This document shows positions 18,090 to 33,848 of a stretch of DNA of 64,000 nucleotides, one piece after another. The position numbers were made by a program, and so were the translations under genes. Within the stretch, counting starts at the first letter, position 1, and each line of letters starts with the position of its first letter. The stretch comes from the human T2T-CHM13v2.0 reference genome, Homo sapiens. The notes beneath the pieces are model-generated. The model ran no database searches and was not told where the DNA came from. It worked only from the letters and a program-made list of their open reading frames with translations. The stretch lies in NCBI RefSeq assembly GCF_009914755.1, contig NC_060936.1, one strand, 5' to 3'.

Positions 18090-20470
18090 TAAAAGCTATA
18101 GTGATTGGAAAGGAAGCTATATAACTGTATATTTTCTCTGATGACATGATTGCCCATGTAGACAAGACAAAAGAATCAACAAAAAATCTCTTTGAACTAA
18201 GTGATTACAGCAAGTTTACAAGCTACAAGGTTAATACACAAAAGTCAGTCATTTTACTATATACCAGCAATGAACATGTAGAATTTGAAGTTAAAAACAA
18301 CCCATTTACATTAGTACTCCCTAAAATGAAATAGTTAAGTATAAATGTAACAAAATATGCCCAAGAAGTATATGAGAAAAATTATAAAACTCCATTGAAA
18401 GAAATCAAAGAACTAAAGAAAGCGAGAGAACTTCCATGTTAATGGATTGAAAGACTCACTAGTGTCAAGATGTCAGTTTTTCCCAACTTTATCTATAGAT
18501 TCAATGCATTTACCATCAAAATTCCAGCAAGTTATCTTGTAGATAATGACAAACTAACTTTAAAGTTTATATGGAGTGGCAGCAGACCCAGAATAATCAA
18601 GAAAAAAATTGAAGGATAAGAACAAAGTTTGAGGATTGACACCACCTGACTTCAAGACTTGCTACAAAGCTACAGTAATAAAGAGAGCTTAATACTAGTG
18701 AAGGAATAGACAAATAGATCAATGGGATACAATATAGAAATAGAGCCACATAAATATAGTTAACTGATCTTTGGCAAAGGAGAAAAGGCAATACAATAAA
18801 GAAATAGCCTTTTCAACAAATTATGCTGTGTCTTAGTCTTTTTGGGCTATTATAACAAAATACCATAAACTAGGTGGTTTATAAACAACAGAGTTTATTT
18901 CTCAGAGTTCTGGAATCTTGGAGGTCCAAGATCAAGGTGCCAGCAGATTTGATGTCTGGTAACGGCTCACTTCCTCATGAAAAGCCACTTTCTCACTGTT
19001 AGCTTACATGGTGGAAGAGGCAGACGAGCTCTCTGGAGTCTGTTTTATAAGGGCACTAACCTCATTCATTAGAGTGCTGCCCTTACTCATGACCTAGTCA
19101 CCTTTCAAAAGGCCCCACATCCCAGTATCATCACCTCAGGGATTACCATTTTACAATATGAATTTGGGGTAAGACAAACGTTCAGATTATAGCATTCTAA
19201 AGAAGAAACTGGGCTCACATGCACATTACACTCTTCACAAAAAATAACTCAAAATGTATCACAGACCTGTATGTAAACGCAAAACAAAACACTTTGACGA
19301 TAACATAGGAGAAAATCTAGATGACCTTGGGTATGGCAATGACTTTTTAGATATGACATCAAAGACACATTCATGAAAGAAAGAAAGAAGTGATAAGCTG
19401 TACTTTATTAAAATTAAAGGTCCTTCTCTGTGAGAGACACGGTCAAGAGAGTGAAAGAGAAGTTTCAGACTGGGAGAAAATATTTCCAAAATATATTTCC
19501 AATAAAAGACTGTTATCCAAAATATGCAAAGAACACTTAAAAACAAAAATTAGAGAAATCAGCAACCCAATTACACAATGAGCTAAAGGCCTGAACAGAC
19601 TTCTCACCAAAGAAGATATACAGATGGTAAAAAAGCATATGAAAAGATACTCAAAATTGTATGTAATAAGGGATACGCAAATTAAAACAACAATGAAATG
19701 TCACTACACACATATTAGAATGACCAAATTTCAAAATACTGATAACACCAAATGTTGAAAAGAATAAAAAGCAACTGAAACCTTCATTTATTGCCAATGG
19801 GAATGCAAAATGGTATAGTCACTTTGGAAGACAGAATGGTGGTTTTCTACAAAACTAAACATTCTCTTATTATATGATTCAGCAGCAATCATGTTGCTTG
19901 ATGTTTACACAAAAAAAGCTGAGAACTTATGTCCACACCAAACTTGCATACAATAGTTATATCAATTGTTTTATAATTGCCAAAACTTTGAAACAACCAA
20001 GATGTCTTTCAGTAAGTTTATAGATAAAGAAACTGTAATACATCTAGACCACAAAATACTATTCATCACTGAAAAGAGGTAAGCTATCAAGCCATGAAAA
20101 GATATAGAGAAAACTTAAATGCATATAACTAAGAAAGAAATCAATCCAAAAGAGCTACATCCTATATGATTCCAGTGATATGACATTCTGGAAAAGACAA
20201 AACTATGGACGTAATAAAAAGAGCGGTGCAGGGAGGGAAAGATGAATGGGTGGAAGACAGAGGATTTTAGAGCAGTGAAACTACTCCATATAATACTATT
20301 ATATTGAATACATGTCATGTGAATGCATGTCATACATTTGTCCAGACCAATAGAATGTACAACACCAAGAGTGAACCCTAGTATAACTATGGACTTTTGG
20401 GTAGTAACAATGTGTCAAGAAGGTTCATCGATTGTAATAAATGTTCCACTTTGGTGGGGATAATGATAAT
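18090..20470 (+). mobile_element. L1MC-like ORF2 3' part and 3' UTR, interrupted by a MaLR LTR
   Basis: Decayed ORF2 ('tctgatgacatgattg'); 3' UTR 'tgacattctggaaaagacaaaactatgga', 'agagtgaaccctag'. Confidence 0.8.
18829..19194 (-). mobile_element. MaLR solo LTR (MLT1A/MSTD-like)
   Basis: TGtcttagtc...cagattatagCA; 'gtccaagatcaaggtgccagcagattt'. Confidence 0.8.
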
Positions 20471-23004
20471 TTATCATTTAAAGATACAATAAAATAAACA
20501 TTTTCCTCTCAATTTTCAATATGATGAAATACATTTTGGCACATCCTCGCATATTCCATTACACTAAATTGATAGAAAAATCCTTTGGTAGTGAGCAGAG
20601 AACATCATGATTGGGAGTACTTATAGTTTGAGAGAGTTGTTTTTATTTTACATTATGTATTTTATTTTTAAAAATTTTATTCAAGTTATCCATGTAAATA
20701 ATGCAAAATATTTAATAATATTTACTATGAAAAACAGCTGTGATTCTTTTACCTTTTCTTAGATAGCCAATTAAAATTTTGATTGGTTCTTTTGGCATAT
20801 ATCTCTATAGTTTTAGTTAATGTTCAGGTATTACTAATTCCTAAGTTTTTGGTGCAGATATAATTTCTTGCCTTCATACTACAGAGGTTGAGGATGTGGC
20901 TCTCATTAACCTATTTCTCACCTTGCAACATGTGTGCATCATTCTTATCTGCCCCATCATAGGTTGCTTTTTAAAATATATATTTATGCAGTTTGCCATC
21001 ATGTTTATTTCTAAGTCTCTCTAGCCATCTCAGTGAAGAAATTGCTTTCAAGAAGAATTTTACTGTTTTCTTGAAAGATTACCTAAAATAGTGATACAAT
21101 TCTAGTCAGGGGCAGAAAGGACGTTTCAAAAAATAATGCCCCCAAACTTTCTAACTTGATAAAATACATGAAATGACACATTCCAAAAGCTCAACAAACT
21201 ACAAAGATAAATCTGAGATCCACAGAGACACATGATAATCAAACTGTCAAAAGCCAAAGACAAAAAGAGAACCTTGAAAGCAGCAAGAGAGAAATAAGAC
21301 ATACGGAAGACATCCTCAATAAGATTAATAGCTGATTTATCATCAGAAGCCATGGAAGCCAGAAGTTAGTGGGATGATATATTTAAAGAGCTAAAATAAA
21401 AAACAAGCAAATCTATCAGCCAAGAATTCTACAGCTGGCAAAAAATCTTCCAAAAATCAATGAAAAATAAGATATTCCCAGATAAACAAAAACTGAGAGA
21501 GTTTTTTGCTAGTGGACATGCCTTACAAAAAATGCTAAAGGTAGTGTTTTGGGCTGAAATAAAAGGATACTCATAAGCAACTCAAAGCCAGATGAAGAAA
21601 TAAAGGACACTGATAAAGTTAACTACATTGGTAAACACAAAAGTCAGTATTATTATATTTTTGGTTTTAAACTCTACTTTTCTCCTACATGACTTAAAAG
21701 ACAAATGTACAAAACAATAGTTATAAATCTGTGTTATTGGGTTTCCAATATATAAAGTTGTGATTTGTAACAACAATATAAGAGAAAGAAATTGGAGCTG
21801 TATAGAAGTATATTTTTGTATACAATTGAAACTAACATTGTATAAATGCAAAATATATTGTTATAAATTTAAGATATTAATCTTAATCCCCAGGGTCACC
21901 ATTAAGTAAATAAATAAAAATATAATAGCATAGGAAATGAGAAAGAAATAAAAATATACTACAGAAAATCAATTGAACAGAAAGATAGCAGTAATGAAAG
22001 AATAGAGAAACAAAAAAATTAAAACTCATGCAAAAACAATAACAAAATATCAGAGATTATCCCTTTCGTACCAGTATTTACTTTTGAAGCAAATGGAATA
22101 AACTTTCCAATGAAAATGCAAAGATAGGCAGAATGTATTTAAAATATGATTTAATTTTATACTCAGAGTGGCTCAATTTAGATTCAAAGTCATGGATAGA
22201 TGGAAAGTGAAAGGATAGAAAAAATTATTCTATGAAAATAATAACCAAATTAGAGCTGGGATAGATATCCTAATAGTATAAAAATTAACTTTAAGTAAAA
22301 ATGTTTTATAAGGGTCAAAGTATTAACCAATTAGGAAGATATAACAATTATACACATATACTAACCTAAGAGAAGGGCCCCAAATATGTAAATAAAACCT
22401 TTACAATGCTAAAGGTAGTAACAGATATACAATAATAGTTGAAAACTTCAAAACATCACTTTCAGTGAATTGTCAGAACAAATTAGATCTAGTAAGGAAA
22501 TAGGGAATTTGAAAAACACTATAAACTAACTAGATCTAGAACATATAGAGAATTGTCCACCCCAAAACAGTAGAATGTACATTTTTCTCAGGTGTATATA
22601 CAATGTACTCTAGAAGAGACCATATGTTAGGCCACAAAACAAATTTCAATAGGAACTTAAAAATTCAAATCATATGACGTATTTTATTAAACCACAATGG
22701 AATGAAACTAGAAATTAATGAGAGAAAAATTTAAAAATTAACAAATTTGTAGAAATTAAATAACACACTATCAATGTGTTAAGGATGAAGTTACAAGGGA
22801 AATTAGGAACTTGGGGACAAATAAAAACAAACACATATCAAATCTTATGGAATACAGTGAAAGGAGTCCTCATACCTATATTTTTCTGAATGTAGATATA
22901 AAAATCCTCAACAGAAAACAAGCAAAACAAACCCAGCAGCATATTAGAAGGGTTATGTATTATGACAAAATGGAATGACTCTTAAGAATGCAATGATGGC
23001 TTAA

Positions 23005-23654
23005 CGTGGGGAAAAGGGAATGCTTATTCATGGCTAATGGGAGTGTAAATTAGTTCGGCCACTGTGGAAGGCAATATGGCAATTCCTGAAAGAACTAAAA
23101 ACAGAATTATCCTTCGATCCAGCAATCCCATTACTGGGTATATACCCAAAGGAATATAAATCATTCCACCATAAAGACACATGCATGCATATGTTCATTG
23201 CAGCACTATTCACGATAGCAAAGACATGGAATCAACCCATCAATGGTAGACTGGATAAAGCAAATGTGGTACATATACACCATGGAATACTATGCAGCCA
23301 TAAAAAGGAATGAGATCATGTCCTTCGCAGCAACACTGATGAAGCTGGAGGCCATTATCCTAAGCAAACTAATGCAGGAACAGAAAACCAAATACTGCAT
23401 GTTCTCACTTATAAGTCGTAGCTAAATGATAACACTTGGACACAAAGAGGGGAAAAGACACTGGGGCCTACTTAAAGGTGGACAGCTGGAGGAGGGAGAG
23501 GATCAGAAAAAATACCTATTGAATACTATGCTTATTTACCTGGCTGATGAAATAATCTGTACAACAAACCCCCGTGAAGCAAATTTACCTACGAAACAAA
23601 CCTGCATATGTACCACTGAACCTTAAATAAAAGTTAAAGGAAAAAAAAAAAAAG
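23005..23654 (+). mobile_element. L1PA15/16-like 3' end nested in the older L1
   Basis: ORF 23243-23425 ([19 protein letters not shown]), 3' UTR and A-tail at 23641-23653. Confidence 0.85.
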
Positions 23655-25033
23655 AAAATCAATCAATATAATACACCACATTGCAGAATGAAAGGGTGAA
23701 ACAAGTGATCATATCAATTAATGCGGGTAAAGTATTTGCAAAATTCAAACACTTTCATGATGCAAAGCATGACAAACTAGGAATAGGAAGTAATTTCCTC
23801 AATCTGACAAACAGCATTCATGACAAACCCACAACAAAAATCTATTCGATTGTGAAAGACTAAGAGACTTTCCCCAAAGATCAGGAATAAGAAAGGATGC
23901 ACCCTTTCGCCACTGTTATTCATCGTTGTACTGGAAATTCTGGCTAGGACAATTGGGGAAAATAAAAGAAAAAAAAGACATTTGTATCAGAAAAGAAATA
24001 AAGCTATCCCTATTTTCAGAACACATAATATTACAGACAGAAAATCCTAAAGAATCCACTCAAAAATATTAAAGCTGAAAAAAATCCAGCAACATTGTAG
24101 AATACAAAATCAGTCCATAAAAATAATGTGTATTTCTATACATAAATGTGACTAATATGAAAAGGAAATGAAGAAAACAATTCAATTAACAGTACCATCA
24201 AAAACAACCAAATGCCTAGGCATAAATTTAACCAAGAAGGTGAAATACTTGTGTACTGTAAACTAAAAGCATTGCTGAATGGAGTTAAAGGTCTAAATAA
24301 GTAGACAGACATCCCATGTTCATGGGTTGGTAAGATTCCAATGCTGTGCAAACGATTTGCAGATTCAGTGCATTCTCTATCAAATTCCAAGGGCATTGTT
24401 TTCAGAAATGGAAAAGCCAACCTTTAAATTTATGTGGAAGTGCAATGAATCCTGAGTAGTCAAAACAACCATTAAAAAGTAGAAGCAGGTGGGAGGACAC
24501 ACTTTTCACTTTCTAAACTTACTACAAATCTTCATCAATAACTTAAAAAATGTGGTACTGGCATAAGAATAGGTATAACAAAAAATGAAATAGACTTTTT
24601 CTGGGATGGAATCCAGAAATAAGCCCATACATCTATGGCTAAAATTAATTGTTTACAAGAATATGAAGACCATTGAATGAGGAGAGAATAGTCTCTTCAA
24701 GAAAAAATGCTGGGACAATTGGGCAGCTACATGCAAAAGAATGAAGATAGATTCCTATTTCACACTGTATACAAAAAGTAACCCAACATGTATCAATGAC
24801 CTAAATGTAAGAGTCAAAACTATAAAACACTTAGAAAAAAAATACAGGGTAAATCTTCATGACCTTGAAGTTATGAAGAGTGAAAAGACAACTGACAGAA
24901 TGGGAACAATAGGTTCTAGTATATGGAATATTTAAACAACGATTACAATTCAGCAACAAAGAATCAACAGCCTATTTTTTTAAATCTGCAAAGAATTTGT
25001 AGAGACATTTCTCCAAATGACCAAGAAAGACAT

Positions 25034-25520
25034 TTTTGTTTTACATTTACAGTTTATTAGGTAGTCAACATGCAAAAATAAGTGCTAACGACAAACCTCT
25101 ACAATATGGTTCTGTGTAAACTACAATGGTTCATTTGTTTTGAAAAATCATCAGTACTTCTTTCAACTGAAGTATTAATTTCTGTAATGAATAGTATTTA
25201 GACTCTACGGTTATGGAACCATCTGGCAAGGCCCCTGCAGAATCTTGGTCCACTGGATTTCCACGTGAATACATTTTCGAAGCAGGAAATAAGGCAGCAC
25301 ACGGAAGACGTGATATTGAACCTAAGCACCACGAACACAGTCCCGCGGACACTGCCCGCAAGGCAGGCGGGGCAGTCCTCGAAGACAGTCCCCCATGGGC
25401 TGTGGCACCAGGCATTTTGGCAGCAGCTCTGGAATGAAGTCGTGAATGTCCCTCATGGCATGGCATCACAGGTCACTACAGGTCAGTCCAGAACCACTAC
25501 CACCTTTCCCAGGCCATGCC
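25034..25520 (-). pseudogene. Retroposed 3' end of an unidentified mRNA (5'-truncated processed pseudogene or orphan transduction)
   Basis: 10-bp TSD agaaagacat at 25024-25033 and 25521-25530; minus-strand AATAAA at 25053-25058 followed by a short A-tract; host L1 is continuous across the insert. Confidence 0.8.
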
Positions 25521-28217
25521 AGAAAGACATGCAAAGATGCTCATCATCTAAGTCATTATGGCAATACAAATCAAAACCATTTCAAACCCACTAGGATGAG
25601 TATACCAAAAAACAAAAAACAAAAAAAGCCTGGGGTGGGGCGGGGGAAGTAGGAATAAGTGTTGGGGAGGATGTGAGAAATTGAAATGCTTGTACATTGT
25701 TGGTGGGAATGAAAAATGGTATAGCCACTGGAGAAAATAGTTGTGCAATTCCTTAAAAAGTTAGAATTACCATATAATATAGCAATTTAACTCCTAGGTA
25801 TATACCTGGATAATTGAAATCAGGTAGATACCTGATTGCGTATATGTAAAATATCCAAAATAGGTTAATACATAGTGACAGAAAGCAGACAGATATGACC
25901 CAGGGGCTGAAGGGAAAAGAGATGGAGAATGGCTGCTTAATGCATACCATTCTTCTTTAGGGATATTCAGAATGTTTTAGAACTTAACATAGATAGTGCT
26001 GGCAGAACATCGTAAATGTACTAAATGTCACTGAATTTAACATTTAAAATAATTAGTTAACAAAAACCCAGAACTGTGGAGTATCATCAAGTAATATAGT
26101 CAAAAATGTAAGGGAAAAAGTATCAGAGAAATATAACTGGCATTTAATATTTTTTCTGGATTTTATTATTTTAATATCTTAATTTAATTTGTGACTTGTT
26201 ATGATTCTCATTCTAAACAAAATTTATTTTTGTTCCTATTTCAGTGCTTCTGAATTTATCACTGATAATTTGTAATTGCTTTCTTCAAAGAGAGAATCCT
26301 AATATGAGGAAGCTTAAAAACTCCATTTGTGTCAACACATGGAAACAGGAGAAAGGTGAATATAGTTTCCATGATTATGGAAACATCCATTTCAGTACAA
26401 AAGTTGTGCGTCAGCCCCAGAAATCAACTAGCTGTAATGGCTTGGCAGAGAAATAACTCCAGGACTGATGCTGATGAGGAAAAAAAAAAAGTGAGGGTTC
26501 GCTTAATGTATTTGAATCTATCGAGGGTATATCTGTTCTTCTGTTGGCTAGCCTGGAGAAGGAACGCTGAAGAGCGCATAAATATCGATGCAATTATTTT
26601 AATTAGGCCCAGTGGAAACAAAACATTGATGAATAAAGAAACAGAATAAGGGTAAGGTGTGGCTCAACTAGGAAAAAAATTACGTTGTCAAAATAACAAA
26701 TTAGAATATAATTTTACTGACAATTATAATAAAATTATTACAAAAAATAAAATGAAAAGACAGAGAAAAAAGAAATGTGTATAGGAGGGCTAAGTGTAAG
26801 AAATCAAATGTTCGTCTTTCATACTTAAAAGCCAATAACTAAACTACAACTGAAAATATCATTTAAGAAATAGTACTGGATAGAAAAGGAAGATAAAAGC
26901 TAACAGTGGAAGTCTCTGGGAGTAGGAGTTATGGAGGATGAGGACTGGAGCAGACGGCTACTAATTTTCATTAACAGAGTTATAAAATGTTTGACTTTTT
27001 GAACTCGGTATTAATAACAACAAAATAATAAACCTACTGAAATAATATTTAGGGAGGAGAAATAACACAGTTATTAAGTTACTTCGCTCGCACAAAATTC
27101 CTTAGTCATAATGAGCAGTTTTCTTGGCAGTGTATTCAATTTTTCTAAGACAAAAAAGGAAACTAAAGAGAAATTGAAGATTATTTCATTCAATCATGAG
27201 TGTCTGCTGCTCAGTGCATAAAAATTGGATGCATTTTTCATATTTTAAAACATTTTAATACTATATTCAAATGCTTTCAGAGTTGCACAAATTTGAATTA
27301 CTGTCTTTTTTTTAGTGTTGGTTATTTTATTCAAAATTTGAGAAGAGTTATATCAGAGGATTTGTATACAGATGAATTCCTGAATTGAATGTTTAAAAAT
27401 TAGCTTCTCATTACAGTCCAACTCCTCCAATTTTCCTCCATGCTTACTGCCAAGACTTCCTCTTCCTATGCTCTCTTAGTCAGTGACAGTGCCTTATATC
27501 TTATTTCTTCTTGTTCAGAATCTCAGAGTAACCTGCAACTATTTTCATATCCAAATAATTCAACCTTTTTATTGCTAAACACATATTTATTCAATTTGTG
27601 TTTAGTGTCAGGGATATTCCATATCTTAAGTATTAAAGATGAACAATACAATGAACATATTCTCAGCTCTGAAGCACTTATAATTTTGTAGAACTAGGAG
27701 AAAAAGGATTATGAAGAAATGATATTTAAAAACAAATATTGACTGTATTCAGAAGAACCAAAGTCTGAAATAAAGATTTTAAAGATTGGACATTTCTCCT
27801 CACATATGCTCTTCTTCTCAAACTGATATTTTTATGGAGATGATATTTAATCTTAGGCCTAGAATTTGGAGGTGGAGCAGGGGTGAAGGTAAGAAGGAGA
27901 GGTGACAAAGAGCTTGAGGAATGGAAAGAAAGTCCATGTTCTAATGAATAACATAGCAAATAGGGAAAGAGTGGAAGGACATGAAGTTAAATGGGGTAGT
28001 GAGGGGCTATGCCATGGGATGTTTTGCTGGCCAGTCATAATCTGCATTTCAAATATATTTCATGACCTAATTTTAGTACAAAAGTGGCATAATCTGAATT
28101 AAATTTTAGGAAACATAATTTTAGATTCTCCATAGAAAATCGATTCAATAATGGAAGAAAGCAAAAAAGTATTTATAAGGCTACTACAGGTTATTAAGTA
28201 CGGGTGGGAGGTAGGAG

Positions 28218-29819
<1,602 letters not shown>

Positions 29820-32800
29820 CTAGATATCCCAACATTTTAGTATTTAGGTTTGGCTACGTAACTGAATTCATTCCATGCCAATGGAAGGTGAATGGACGTT
29901 ATGAAAATCACTTCCATGCCTCACAATAAAAACCTCCTAAGTAATTCATTGCTCTGTCTTTTTCTTATCCTGCCCTGCTGGCTGTAGATCTACATTCAAG
30001 ATGTCAGTGTTAATTAGGTAGACTCCGAATGACTGCATAGGGTTAAACATCACCATCTCACCTCTCCTAACAAACGCACACAATCCCTGCCCTACATGCT
30101 GCATATTTGACCTTAAAGTTTCAAGAAATGCTTTCTATTTTGTTAAAAGTGGCAAAACAAATCTGTTCTGTTGGAATTCAAGATAGTGATAGGCTTGAAG
30201 GGTGAATGACCAGAAGGGAGGAAGAGCAAGAATTCTGGAATACTGCTAACTTTCTGTTTTTTCATCTGAATGCTGCTCACATGGATATATTCACATGAAA
30301 GGTGACCAAACTGTACAATTAGGATAATTGCATTTTATACATCATTAAAATGTTTAAAAATGTGTGGTGTTCAAGCCTTAATAATTTTAAAGTTTATCTG
30401 CTATGGCAGCTAGTATTTAAGTACTTAGCAGTGGAAATGTTAAAAAGTACATGCACTTGAAATAAAATTTTTATGTAGAACCAATAAAATTTTCCTACAG
30501 AATGGATGTGGACACTTAGCAGGTGCAAACACGTTTGACTTGCATGTATCTGTCCTGAGAAACTCAACACTGGCCTTATTTCTCTTCAATCCAATTTTTT
30601 ATACTTTTGACCCTGACATACTAATGTCACCTCACACACTATTTTCTTTGCTAATGATGACATAGCCTAGCTCTCTAGATTCTAAACCTGATTGTATCTA
30701 AATCTGCCACCCGAAAAGATAGCATTGAGAGTGAACCTAAGGAATGTAAGTCTTTATAAGTCTTATTTATGTCTTTATTGAATTAATCTGAATCCAAAAT
30801 TTTAGTAATGCTCTGAAGTTGTTTCACCCTATAGATCAGTAAGTTTATTCTTTTTTGAAATGTGTGTTTTTTATGAACATGTAAGCCAACTTAAGTATTT
30901 TTAAACTGCCTTATAGTTTATAACATATAGCCACCTCAAAATGTAGTTCTTTTCTGGTTTTTAAACTTCAGCTTATGAATTATAGAGTTTTTGCCACTCA
31001 ATAAAATGATTTTAATACATCTTCAGCATCCTAGTCCAATAGTCTTCAGGAAAATGTTTCCTTCTTTTATAAAATTACTAAATCAGTTAATCCTCTTGAG
31101 ACAAATGGCACAGTGTATAAAAAGGATTATAGTTCTTCCAGTCTTAAAAACTATAAGCTGTCGTATTCCTCGTATAGACTAGAAACACCTCAGCGTGAAC
31201 AACAAGCTAGAAACCTTCTCTTTGTTCTTCTTCTCTCTAGATTATATATACACATATATGTATATATAGAAGAGATATGATAAACATAGAGAGGTAGATA
31301 TATGCTCCAAATTTAATTTAATACAACATAAATCAGAGAACATCTTATTAATAAAAATCATGAGAAGAAATGAACCTAGGTAAGATTAATGTCATAATAA
31401 AATCTTCAAGCCTAAACATCCTGAGTGTTTCTGGCATTAATGTATTTTTTGGATGAGAAATATGGACAAAAGCAACATAAAAATATGAGAAGATGCAATA
31501 TTCAAAAATTACCTCTGTGCTGGGACTTACCTGAAAAAAGACAATTGGGAATGAAATTGCTACTAAATACATTAAAGTTTGGAAAAAAATATGTCTTTAT
31601 TTTAATCATACTAACTTTGTTGCATGAAGCTAGAGGAAGAAAATAATTTCTTTGTAAAGCTATTGAAACAGTATGGCATGAAATTATAACTAGTTTGTTT
31701 TTGTTTTTGTTTTTTACAAAGCAAACATTAAGCTAACCATTTGAGAAGTTGTACTGAAAAAATTAAGTGTGTTATAAGAAAGCTTTGAACCTTTCACCTT
31801 GCAGATGCCTAGTTTTGATGAAATATTCTTTGCAACATACAATTGAATCTCAGGAATGCATTTTATTAAATGAATGCATTTTCCTTTCTGTAATTATAAT
31901 TGCATATGCCTCTAGTATTCATAGTCTTTGTAAACATTGTGAAATATAATACTGAAAAAATAATTTTTTTCCTGAACTTGAAAAAATTTTTCCCTATATG
32001 TAGTCATGTTGCATTCAATGTTATTTAAACGTTTCATGTAAAATCTACTTTTCATATCCCAAAGGAATCTATCTTACCTATGACTTGCCAAAACAGCTGC
32101 AGTTGCCTTTGGGGCTATACTGGTGGTTGGAAACATATGACTATTTTACTATCACCCAGCAAGCATTTTATTGTGGGATTCAGTAGAAAATTAATGCTGT
32201 CAAGTAGGTTATAATAGTTTTTTCATTGCTGTTTTGCTTGTTATTTTTATATTTTATAATTTAAATTTAGGCTGGACAGTGTCCATATAAATTGCTTTCT
32301 GACTGCATTCTCTGGCTTATAACTCATCTTTTGTTGATTGAGGTTTTCCTGTGTTTTTGAGCTTTAATATAAACTATGATTTTTAATTTTAAAAAACTTC
32401 CTAATGAATATGGACTACATTTAAATGACCATACATTTTTAGAAAAAAGATCAACCAAAAATAATGGGAAAGGAAGGGGAAAAGTACAAAAGAAAATGAA
32501 GAGAGATTAGGACAAAATTTTATTTATTTTGTAATCATTTATAATCACTGGAAATGCTTGTGTATGTGTTTCGCCCCAGAGCTGGAATATACACAATGTA
32601 ATAATGTTCGTATACAGTTTAACATATGGCACAATATTCTTCTTGGGGAAAGTGTTGTCATTATTAAGAAAAACTTGGTGATGATAGACTTGTCAGGTGA
32701 TAAACGTGAGGACCTAAGCATGGTCTGGAAAAAGATAGAAAAACAAGAAAAATAAAAAAGTTAACATAATTTTGAATTGCTATGTGCTGAACTAGAAAAG

Positions 32801-32924
32801 AGAGAGAGGATGTGAATAAGATACAGAAGAAAAGAGATGGCCATGGCAACAGGGGGAAACATGCAGAGCAGTGACACTAATGACAATTACGAGGGAAGTC
32901 CAGCTAACATTTGATTTTCACTGA

Positions 32925-33075
32925 TTTATTTATAGGCATGGTCTTGCTCTGTCATCCAGGCCGGAGTGCAGTGGCATGATCATAGTTCACTGAAGCCTTG
33001 AATTCCTGGTCTCAAAGCAATCTTCCTGCCTCATTCTTCCAAGTAGCTGGGATTACAGGCACAAGCCACATTTTA
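32925..33075 (-). mobile_element. FLAM/AluJ monomer
   Basis: 'gtcttgctctgtcatccaggccggagtgcagtggcatgatcatag...gctgggattacaggc'. Confidence 0.85.
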
Positions 33076-33804
33076 TTTTTAAATAGTTTGTTTTGTAGGA
33101 CCCTCCTCTGTCACTGCAAATATTCTGCAAATGCACTACATAACACAAGCATCATGTATGAGGATAGAGTTTATATCTGCTTGAGTAAATACAGAAAAGA
33201 GAACAACCAGAGTGAGTGAGATAAATGTAAATTCAAGTTTTCAGGAAAATTGGGAAAGCAGAGATAAAAATGGTCATGAGGATGGAGACCTTGGAGAGTT
33301 TTTAGAAGTTTGGTGAGGGTATTGAATTCCCACTGTGGAAGCCAAGAGATGTTTAAATCAACTTTGCTTTGATCTTAAAAGACGGAGTTCTCAGCTGAAA
33401 TCTGAATTAATGAATAGCAAAGTCTAGAAAAAAGACTAACAAACACAGAAAAAAACTTCATTGAGCAAAGAGTGAATCACCAGATGGTATAAAATAATTT
33501 AAATACTTCAGAAAAAATTCAAATACAGAATATAAAAGTTGAAATATTATGATAGTTCTTGTGTTTGTTTTTATATTGACATGACTTTTATCGATGCAAC
33601 ATATTATCCCTTCGCAATGCTTACATTTATGGCCATTGAGAAAACAGAACAAACTCAAAAAGTTGCATGTATTTAGCAACATTTTGAGTAAAAATCACAT
33701 AAGCTAATTTTTATAGGCTGCTGTTAAAGGAGGTCGGGTGTGGGTAGCAATGTCTTTATGGTGGATTTCAAGAAAAATGGGTATCTCATGCAGACCTTTC
33801 CTCT

Positions 33805-33839
33805 TCTATTCTAATTTTTCTTCTTATTTTTAAAAATAG
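33805..33839 (+). other. Probable splice acceptor of the OR6C74 coding exon
   Basis: Branch-like ttctaat, pyrimidine tract, AG at 33838-33839, 9 nt before the ATG. Confidence 0.55.
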
Positions 33840-33848
33840 AAATCAACT

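Larger units (their letters stand above)
21110..26060 (+). mobile_element. Old L1 (L1MB/M-like) with ORF1, ORF2 and 3' UTR remnants; hosts two nested insertions
   Basis: ORF1-like 'cacatgataatcaaactgtcaaaagccaaagac', EN and RT remnants, 3' UTR 'aatgtactaaatgtcactgaatt'. Confidence 0.75.

Noticed and set aside
25131-25594. ORFs of 74-112 aa in the retroposed insert
   Set aside because: No recognisable domain; overlapping ORFs on both strands are expected in a GC-richer UTR-like sequence.
30990-31200. Third copy of the OR6C upstream module above OR6C74
   Set aside because: Only isolated short similarities (ctcttgagac, ggcacagtgt); I could not establish colinearity by eye.
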